Assembly: GCA_002371755.1 (NCBI GenBank) | Contig: DFGM01000142.1 | Span: forward strand, 1 to 56,517 | Reading direction: 5' to 3' | Source of the DNA: Verrucomicrobia bacterium UBA3750 | GTDB lineage: Bacteria > Verrucomicrobiota > Kiritimatiellia > RFP12 > UBA1067 | DNA length: 56,517 nt | In this document: one piece after another, positions 50,083 to 56,517 of the stretch | How the letters are laid out: each line of letters starts with the position of its first letter | Numbering within the stretch: position 1 is the stretch's first letter | Position numbers and translations under genes: made by a program | The notes under the pieces: generated by a model | Databases searched by the model: none | Told to the model about the DNA's origin: nothing | The model's input: the letters and a program-made list of their open reading frames with translations, nothing else

Positions 50083-51451
50083 TGAATTGCCTCCTCATCT
50101 TTAACAAGACTATTGTAATGCCGGCATAAATGGCACACCAGAAAAGCAATGCCAGCGCCTCCACAGCGGCCATTCTACGACAGAATGAAATTAGAGACCC
50201 GACGCCACCTACATCCTCAGACGCGGCTTGGTGAAACTTTCCTGGACTTCCGCACAACTCTTCCTCATCTTCTCCTTCAAGCTTCACGAGGACATGTCTC
50301 TTCCAATTGCCTGTAGAAATTCCTCCACCGATCCAATGATTGCTCAGATTGCAATCTTTACCTTCCCATGAAACAACATACTGCCCATTCGTCTCGATCA
50401 CCTTTGCTAGGCCAATGCAGACAGGGCATTTGCAGAAATCGGATGCCATGTTAGTATGTTCAGCAAGACGCTCTGGATTATGCCATGGACGCATTTCACC
50501 GTCATATCCCAGCGACGCCTCTAATTTGAGGCAAGGTATGCGCGCAATGTTGAAAAAGTATCGTTGCGGCAGCAGAAACGAAAGTTGCTCAACCATACCG
50601 CCATCTTTCCATCGTGTCTGCCGCCGACCTTCTCTATGCAGCCCATCATATGTCTTGGCATCCTGGTACTGTCGCCCCTTCTGACGAATAATCAGATCAA
50701 TAGGAGCGAACTCTCTTTCCGTCCGGGAATCGCCGCCGCACCCGACAGTTCCCGTGTGCGAGCAGATGCAGCACGCGACAATAAGCAATACTGCCGCATT
50801 TTGCGACACATGCGGCGTAGGACATATTGCGCTCACGAGCAGTCCAATTGAGACTCCTGACGCGACGGCCATCGTCACAGCACCGAGATAAAACCCTGAA
50901 CACGTTACAAACCACAGAAGATTATTCGTTCCTCCTGCATGATTTGCTGCATTCATTGCTGCACTCAACCCTTGCAAATTATATGCCGTCCCGCCCTTTA
51001 GCATTGCACCAACCTGATTGACAAAAGCATTGCCATCGTCCGGAGCCACAAAAAGGAACCCTAATGGCTTGATGACTGCTCCAATTTCCCATAAACTCCA
51101 CAAGAACAACAACGAGATGCAGACTTGCAGCATGGCGAAGAAGAACCCTGCCACAAAATGCGCTATGTAATGCCGCACAACACCCCTGTGCAGGCCGAGC
51201 ATCCAATACGACCATTCTCCAGAGTTTACCTCTCCATTGAAAGCCTGGCACGTTCCGAACAATCCACACCAAAAGGCATAGATCGTCCCAAAGAACAAAA
51301 ACGCCTCTCCTTGCGCATCTGGTGCGGAACGAGCAAGAAAAGAAGACACCATTATAAATGCCACCATGAGCGGAAGTACGACAAACTCAAAAACTGTCCG
51401 CCACAAGCCTCTATTCCAAGTAGTAGAGACAACTCTTCTAAGCTCAAGCAT
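50069..51451 (-). CDS. ABC-2-type permease-like membrane protein with large Cys-containing insert
   Basis: 460 aa. About 6 hydrophobic helices, and a ~170-aa soluble insert before the last helix (CKCPVCIGLAKV...). Overlaps the ATPase gene by 8 nt. Confidence 0.7.
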   Translation of the reverse strand: MLELRRVVSTTWNRGLWRTVFEFVVLPLMVAFIMVSSFLARSAPDAQGEAFLFFGTIYAFWCGLFGTCQAFNGEVNSGEWSYWMLGLHRGVVRHYIAHFVAGFFFAMLQVCISLLFLWSLWEIGAVIKPLGFLFVAPDDGNAFVNQVGAMLKGGTAYNLQGLSAAMNAANHAGGTNNLLWFVTCSGFYLGAVTMAVASGVSIGLLVSAICPTPHVSQNAAVLLIVACCICSHTGTVGCGGDSRTEREFAPIDLIIRQKGRQYQDAKTYDGLHREGRRQTRWKDGGMVEQLSFLLPQRYFFNIARIPCLKLEASLGYDGEMRPWHNPERLAEHTNMASDFCKCPVCIGLAKVIETNGQYVVSWEGKDCNLSNHWIGGGISTGNWKRHVLVKLEGEDEEELCGSPGKFHQAASEDVGGVGSLISFCRRMAAVEALALLFWCAIYAGITIVLLKMRRQFNELR

Positions 51452-52439
51452 GATGCGACCTCCTTTCAGTTGCGTTTGCTTCGCACACGCCTTTTACCTG
51501 TTCAAATAAAGACGATCCATCATTTGCAAAAGTTCTTTCTTTATAATCCTCAAAAAACTGACGCCAGACATCCTCTGCCTTCCCATCAAAAACTACACGA
51601 CAATTAACTTCGTCGTTTTTATGAACTCCGTGTACCACGCACACACGGTCAATAACACGCTCGCGCCTCTCGCCACTTCCGACAACATCATCAAGACATT
51701 TCATCTCATGCGTTGTAAGTACGGCACCCACGCAAATTCCGTCACTGCACAGTTCGTCGACAGCATTTTTAACTTCTCGTACAAAATCAATTGCATTTAC
51801 GGGGTCAAATCCTGTTGTCGGCTCGTCCAATACAAGCAACCCCGGTCTTCTGGATATCTCCATTGCAACGATCCTTGCAATCAATTCCGCTCTTCGACGC
51901 TCCCCTCCCGAAAGTTCGGCAATATTCTTGTCCAAAACATCTGTAAGACTATATTTCTCAAACTTGTCTCTGAATCTTTTGCCGATTTCCTTTTTCAAAA
52001 TATGATTTCTTGATGCCAGAGCCTCTACTACTTGCAACATCATATCCAGCGCATTTTGATGTTGCGCCCTGGCAACGGGAAAGAACTGCGGCAAATAGAA
52101 CAGTTCCCCAGACTTCCGCAACTGTCTGCGCCACCTTGCGGCAGAACAGACATTGCGGAATGCATTTGTGGGCATCAATTCGCCAAATTGTGAAAACTCA
52201 GCAAAATTCAGCCTCCCGCCCACACCAAAGGCAGGGCAACCCATGATTAAACTAAGCAACACGCTTTTGCCGCAACCGCTACCGCCGATAACGGCGGTTA
52301 TTTCGCCTTCTTTCAGGCAGAGATTAGGCAAAGAAAGCGAAAGCCTTTCTTTTTTCCCAGACTCCAGCCTGCTTTCCCCAGAGAGGCTGAAATTAGATAT
52401 ATTAATAAGGCATTCTGACTTTTCTGTACCATTGACCAT
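51444..52439 (-). CDS. ABC transporter ATP-binding protein
   Basis: 331 aa. Walker A GGSGCGKS, signature LSGGERRR, Walker B LLVLDEPTTGFD. Confidence 0.88.
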   Translation of the reverse strand: MVNGTEKSECLINISNFSLSGESRLESGKKERLSLSLPNLCLKEGEITAVIGGSGCGKSVLLSLIMGCPAFGVGGRLNFAEFSQFGELMPTNAFRNVCSAARWRRQLRKSGELFYLPQFFPVARAQHQNALDMMLQVVEALASRNHILKKEIGKRFRDKFEKYSLTDVLDKNIAELSGGERRRAELIARIVAMEISRRPGLLVLDEPTTGFDPVNAIDFVREVKNAVDELCSDGICVGAVLTTHEMKCLDDVVGSGERRERVIDRVCVVHGVHKNDEVNCRVVFDGKAEDVWRQFFEDYKERTFANDGSSLFEQVKGVCEANATERRSHHA

Positions 52440-52450
52440 GATGACTCTCC

Positions 52451-53893
52451 TTATTTCCTATACTCGTCAAGGTTTACTACCTCACCTGTGATAGTGAGGT
52501 CGAGCGAAGCTTCTCCTGCAGACTTGAAGCCGTCAAGTAAGGAAAGTGAAGGCAACGCACCAACTTCATCCGCATTGAGATTCATTTTTCCAAACACGAG
52601 ATGCCCTGAGACTTTGTCAACGAGCATATATATATCCGATTTGCCGCTGTCGTACTTAGCCCAGAAACGCCCTCCCATCGGTCTCTCGTCATAGACAAGA
52701 TCCGTTGAAACTGTAGCCCCGTCAACCTTTCCGCCTTTCACAACCTCGATCTTACGAACGTCATATCGCTTCGGCATGCTGGCAGCCCTTGCAGGTTCCG
52801 AGTAATATCCATCATCTCCTTCCTGATCCTCGACGTAGTGCACGACAGCGCACCCTCTGAATGCACCTTTAAGGTCAGGGTGGAGGAAAGAATTGAAGAA
52901 TGCACCGTCAACCACCCACACATCGCCAGGTTTGCGAACGGCTGCATCAAACAGGTCACTCGTCATGGAAAACGCCTCGCGCTTCACCAGGGCGTCTATA
53001 TCGGAATTCGCAGGAGACCCCTGCCGCATATAGACATCAAACGCCTCAACCGATGCTCTGGGGTCGACATCTGCCGATTTGAGTGATTTGATTTCGGAAA
53101 TGGTGCGATGGTACTTTCCATTGGCGGCAATCGCAACCTTGCGCCCATTTACATTATTGCTGAACTGCATTGCCATAGCCATTACCTTCTTTCTCTCATC
53201 CTCTCCCAGTCCCTTGGCTATTAGCGTGTTTTCCCCGATATTCAACCGGCCTTCCGTATCAAAAGTACCGACATTATCCTTCATCCAATCAGCGCTTACC
53301 TCATATCCTGCCTCACCCCATGTCGAAAGGAACTTCCCTATGGCGGGGCTGAAGAAGCCAACAGCATTATAGAACAAATGCCGAGACTCTCTGCCTAATG
53401 CGTCAACTTCTACCGCTTTACCGATAGCCTGCTTGACAATTTGACTCTTAGGCACGACATCGCCACCCCAAGTACCGTCACTCATAACGTACTGGTAATC
53501 GCGCACCAGACGCAGCATTGGCATTTCATGGTACACAAATGTCTTTGAAATCGCCTTGCCGGAGAAACTGCCCTTTTCCGCAACTCGTACAGAATTGACA
53601 GTCAAATCTGCAAACCATGCTTTCAGCCACTTTGTGATCTTACCTCCTGTCATGTCCTCGTTTTTCTCTGTTTTCAATTTAGCTTCATACAGATACTCAG
53701 CTTGCGTCATATACACTTCGCCCTTGTGCCATGACTTAAGCCATTCCTTTGTTGCTTCGTCACGGCCTACCGTGCGTGTACGATCACGCTCGAACATCGG
53801 TTTCTCAACCTGAGAAGAAACATCTGCAAAAGTCAATGTTGATGCGACCAATGTTGCAGCAACAAGAGCGCCTTTTGTGATAGCGTTTTTCAT
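52451..53893 (-). CDS. secreted protein of unknown function, paralogue A
   Basis: 480 aa. Signal peptide (GALVAATLVASTLTFA). C-terminal domain shared with ORF 48769..50082. Confidence 0.7.
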   Translation of the reverse strand: MKNAITKGALVAATLVASTLTFADVSSQVEKPMFERDRTRTVGRDEATKEWLKSWHKGEVYMTQAEYLYEAKLKTEKNEDMTGGKITKWLKAWFADLTVNSVRVAEKGSFSGKAISKTFVYHEMPMLRLVRDYQYVMSDGTWGGDVVPKSQIVKQAIGKAVEVDALGRESRHLFYNAVGFFSPAIGKFLSTWGEAGYEVSADWMKDNVGTFDTEGRLNIGENTLIAKGLGEDERKKVMAMAMQFSNNVNGRKVAIAANGKYHRTISEIKSLKSADVDPRASVEAFDVYMRQGSPANSDIDALVKREAFSMTSDLFDAAVRKPGDVWVVDGAFFNSFLHPDLKGAFRGCAVVHYVEDQEGDDGYYSEPARAASMPKRYDVRKIEVVKGGKVDGATVSTDLVYDERPMGGRFWAKYDSGKSDIYMLVDKVSGHLVFGKMNLNADEVGALPSLSLLDGFKSAGEASLDLTITGEVVNLDEYRK

Positions 53894-53919
53894 TTCATGA
53901 TTCCTTTCTTGCGTTTTGT

Positions 53920-54669
53920 TTAGTGTTGCCCCTCTCCCTGGGGATAATACAAGTTGTCAAAAGTCTTTGTCACGTATTTCGCTAAATCACCAGTTGTCAA
54001 CCGACGCTTTAATTCATCGCGTGTTGCACTCTGGAGATTACGGATCTCTTGGACCACAGTTGCAGCAGCCTTAAGCTGGAACACTGGCCACTCCTTGTCA
54101 AAAGTGAAATCATTCTGAAGATTAACAGGGCCGCATAATGCAATGAAACACGCGTCGTCCCCCGCAAGCTTCTCTGGAACAGAAACAATTACAACAGAAA
54201 AACGATCTCGCTCTCCTGTTTCAAGTTTCACAGGAAATACTCCAAATCGATATCTGGCAATCTCAAGCGTTCCTGTTGCTGGTTTTTTGACTTTATACGA
54301 CACTGGTTCTGGTGTGGCATTGTCGTCATCAATCCTTGACGCCCATATTGCCGGTTTCAGAACAAATCCATTTTTCCCGATACCCGTTCCATCCCCCATC
54401 TCACTGATCGAGGCGGCCAAAGCCTTGTATCTATACGCATAATTCCGCTCGAAACTCCAAATAGCACGCATGTCATCTACTATCTCTTTACACGGAACAA
54501 CTCTTGGCTCTGGCACGGGGAACAATATACAACATCCAGAGCATGGTCCAAGGAACAAACATGCACTCACCGTAATCATCAACATCAACCCAAAGGCAAT
54601 TAGGACTCCCTTTCCATCGGTCAATTTCTTCCGTTTAACCTGTTCCTCAATTGTGTTTTCTTTATTCAT
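53920..54669 (-). CDS. N-terminally anchored protein, unknown function
   Basis: 249 aa. TM helix (GVLIAFGLMLMITVSACLFL) followed by a Cys cluster (GPCSGCCILF). Confidence 0.65.
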   Translation of the reverse strand: MNKENTIEEQVKRKKLTDGKGVLIAFGLMLMITVSACLFLGPCSGCCILFPVPEPRVVPCKEIVDDMRAIWSFERNYAYRYKALAASISEMGDGTGIGKNGFVLKPAIWASRIDDDNATPEPVSYKVKKPATGTLEIARYRFGVFPVKLETGERDRFSVVIVSVPEKLAGDDACFIALCGPVNLQNDFTFDKEWPVFQLKAAATVVQEIRNLQSATRDELKRRLTTGDLAKYVTKTFDNLYYPQGEGQH

Positions 54670-54691
54670 GATTTTCCTTTTTTGTCTGTAG

Positions 54692-55285
54692 TTAATTGTT
54701 CACTCCAAGCTCTTCGAGCATCTCCTTTGCACCGGCGTGGCTTTGGGCGGCGGCGAGGCGCAGGAGCTGGATTGCTTGGCGACCGGCGCCTTGTTCCTTG
54801 CTGGCGGGATGATGCGGGTTGAGATAGAGCTTTGCAAGATTGTACTCCGCATCGGCGTAATCTTGCTTCGCCGCTTCCTTCAACCATTTCACGGATAAGC
54901 GCTGGGCTTCTTTGTCCGAAAACCTAGCATAGTAGATGCCAAGATTGTACTGCGCTTGTGCGTGGTTCTGCGCCGCCGCCTTGCCCAGCCATTCGACGGC
55001 CTTGTCGTCATCTTGCTCGACGCCAAGACCGTTCATATAGAAAAGCCCCATCTGGCATTGCGCGGCGGCGAACCCGCCATCCGCCGCCTTGCGCGTCCAC
55101 TTCGCCGCCTCCTTCATGTTCTTTGCTACGCCGCGCCCATCGCGCAACATCTCCGCATAGCAGAACTGCGCCTTGGCGTCGCCACTCTCTGCCGCCGCCT
55201 TGGCATCATCGGATACAGCCGCCCTTACCGCGTGCACGCACAGCGCAAAAAGCAGCACCAAAGCAATATTATTGCATCTCTTCAT
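54692..55285 (-). CDS. secreted Sel1-repeat (SLR/TPR-like) protein
   Basis: 197 aa. Signal peptide. Four to five Sel1 units (AQFCYAEMLRDGRGVAKNMKEAAKW; AQCQMGLFYMNGLGVEQDDDKAVEW; AQYNLGIYY...). Higher GC than its neighbours. Confidence 0.85.
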   Translation of the reverse strand: MKRCNNIALVLLFALCVHAVRAAVSDDAKAAAESGDAKAQFCYAEMLRDGRGVAKNMKEAAKWTRKAADGGFAAAQCQMGLFYMNGLGVEQDDDKAVEWLGKAAAQNHAQAQYNLGIYYARFSDKEAQRLSVKWLKEAAKQDYADAEYNLAKLYLNPHHPASKEQGAGRQAIQLLRLAAAQSHAGAKEMLEELGVNN

Positions 55286-55400
55286 TAAAGCAACCTCTAT
55301 GTTTGTTCTAACATCACCGATTTTGCGTGCTAGGATTCATTCTTATTGCCAATTGGTCTTCGCATGAAATGTGATATACACGCCAAAGCACCTGTGGTTT

Positions 55401-55691
55401 TCATTCGAACACATGCACATAGTTGAGTATTCCCAAAGTCACCAATTTATCATTAATATATCCCAATGAAAATACTCCATAACTCTTTCTATGCAAACTG
55501 TCGATAGTTGTTGTAACATAAGCATCCTTGAGAACAAGTATGGATAACTTATCAACGAAGTTACCATTTTGATAATATTCATTCAAAGCCTTTTCAGCGT
55601 ATGGACGCAATGCCTCTTTATGCGTGTCAATTCTAGGATTAAAGACAAGCAAAACTATCAAAATCACAATATATTTTATGGTTTTCATCAT
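55401..55691 (-). CDS. small N-terminally anchored protein, unknown function
   Basis: 96 aa. Hydrophobic N-terminus (IKYIVILIVLLVF). Confidence 0.55.
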   Translation of the reverse strand: MMKTIKYIVILIVLLVFNPRIDTHKEALRPYAEKALNEYYQNGNFVDKLSILVLKDAYVTTTIDSLHRKSYGVFSLGYINDKLVTLGILNYVHVFE

Positions 55692-55719
55692 AACAAACCT
55701 CTATGCGTCATCGCCGACA

Positions 55720-56481
55720 TTACGAAAAGAATCCCTTAAATCCAATTTTACACATGGATTCCGTGACTAAGGAGCCCGTCTCTGCCAAATCATCCTTTGC
55801 ATATTTTCGAAATCCTTCAAGAGCACTACGTCTCGACTCAGAAGAAACGCCCTTGAGGAGATATGCTCGTGTCAATTCACCACCTTTGAGTACAACTGCA
55901 GATCCGGCAACACTTTGCACAAGCCGGACAGCAACACCTCCGACAAATTCTGAAACATCGAACAAATCACACAACTCCTCCAGGCTTGCAGCAAAGAACG
56001 ATGCAAACACTATGTGCGCCCAGATCGATATTACGGTTCTAGCTTTTGGTCGAAAACCATATATGCGGAAAGTTTCATATACCAACCTCGATTTCCAGAC
56101 GAACATTCCAAGACCATCACCGATCGAAGAAGAAGACACAGCCATTGTGAGGCCGGCCATAGCGGCAATTTCCAATGCTTTCTTCCTTGCAGCCTGCTCA
56201 CGCTTCTCCAAGAGTTCCTTCACCGTCTTGTCAATCTCCGCTGGTCTCTCCAACGCTGATTGAAGCACGTCACGGTCTTCTTCTGGGCATGATTCGGCAG
56301 CACACATGGCTTGTGCGATAATTGCTCCTGCCTCTTCGCGTATACACCCATCTGCGGCTGTCAGTTGCTGAATCACACATGGCTCCACCAGCGGGATGTC
56401 TCGAATTGGGCAGACCATAAACACATAGACAACACCGATTGGCACCAAAAGGAACACAGCGACCACAATAAACTTTATCAA
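55720..56481 (-). CDS. membrane protein, DUF697/YcjF-like (tentative)
   Basis: 253 aa. N-terminal TM helix, and a central region (AAMAGLTMAVSSSSIGDGLGMFVWKSRLVYETFRIYGFRP) resembling the DUF697 core. The tracked start is a TTG, so the true start is uncertain and the operon may continue beyond the window. Confidence 0.5.
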   Translation of the reverse strand: MIKFIVVAVFLLVPIGVVYVFMVCPIRDIPLVEPCVIQQLTAADGCIREEAGAIIAQAMCAAESCPEEDRDVLQSALERPAEIDKTVKELLEKREQAARKKALEIAAMAGLTMAVSSSSIGDGLGMFVWKSRLVYETFRIYGFRPKARTVISIWAHIVFASFFAASLEELCDLFDVSEFVGGVAVRLVQSVAGSAVVLKGGELTRAYLLKGVSSESRRSALEGFRKYAKDDLAETGSLVTESMCKIGFKGFFS

Positions 56482-56517
56482 ACAAAGAACAATTGACGCC
56501 CAAAGATTTGTCGTTTG

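Larger units (their letters stand above)
40719..56517. mobile_element. putative horizontally acquired, lower-GC gene block (boundaries and mobility unproven)
   Basis: All genes are on the minus strand. Visibly lower GC than 1-39 kb. Contains gene remnants and lies next to a tRNA gene and an IS. No integrase or att repeat is seen in the window. Confidence 0.35.

Noticed and set aside
1-56517. CRISPR arrays, rRNA genes, other tRNAs.
   Set aside because: All repeats seen are at most three copies, short and irregularly spaced, with no spacer-repeat periodicity. No rRNA-like conserved segments were seen. Only one cloverleaf could be folded by hand. A tRNAscan/Infernal run would be needed to exclude others.

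Overview
This 56.5-kb window comes from a GC-rich, Gram-negative-type genome. The GC values below are my estimates by eye, not computed: about 60-65% in core and prophage DNA. Possibly a PVC-group organism, judging only from the BspA-LRR/InlB-B-repeat surface protein; that is a weak inference.

Layout:
- (1) 1-5273, host genes: a 5'-truncated surface repeat protein, glnS, and a KAS I/II ketosynthase translationally coupled to glnS.
- (2) About 5283-35761, a Mu-like transposable prophage of roughly 30.5 kb, inserted about 10 bp after the ketosynthase stop. The leftward early arm carries a Ner/Cro-like HTH, a MuA-like transposase, a MuB-like AAA+ ATPase, DUF3164-like, GemA-like and ASCH genes and several tiny Cys-rich or membrane ORFs. 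A switch region has overlapping promoters and TGTATC operators. An XRE repressor is translationally coupled to an AT-richer 365-aa accessory gene. The rightward late arm carries terminase, a DUF935-type portal, a Mu-I protease/scaffold, a decoration-like protein, capsid, non-contractile tail genes, tape measure, fibres carrying InlB B-repeats, and, displaced to the extreme right end, a MuF-like protein with a PBECR-like C-terminal extension plus a gpG-like gene.
- (3) 35783-39038, host genes: a small membrane protein, nadC, coaX, a lipoprotein and a DUF975-like protein.
- (4) tRNA-Lys(UUU), followed by a 1456-bp IS481-like element with a 15-bp target duplication.
- (5) 40.7-56.5 kb, a lower-GC block (about 42-48% by eye) encoded entirely on the minus strand. 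It holds a secreted thermonuclease, a Deg-type serine protease, a zone of decayed genes, and a tightly packed 11-gene envelope operon that may continue past the window edge.

Best candidates for an undescribed system:
- (a) the repressor-coupled prophage accessory gene at 14396-15493;
- (b) the 11-gene envelope operon at 45951-56481, together with the conserved promoter-like motif shared by three other island genes;
- (c) the MuF-PBECR-like protein at the prophage right end.

All functional calls rest on motifs I recognised by eye. No database search was run.
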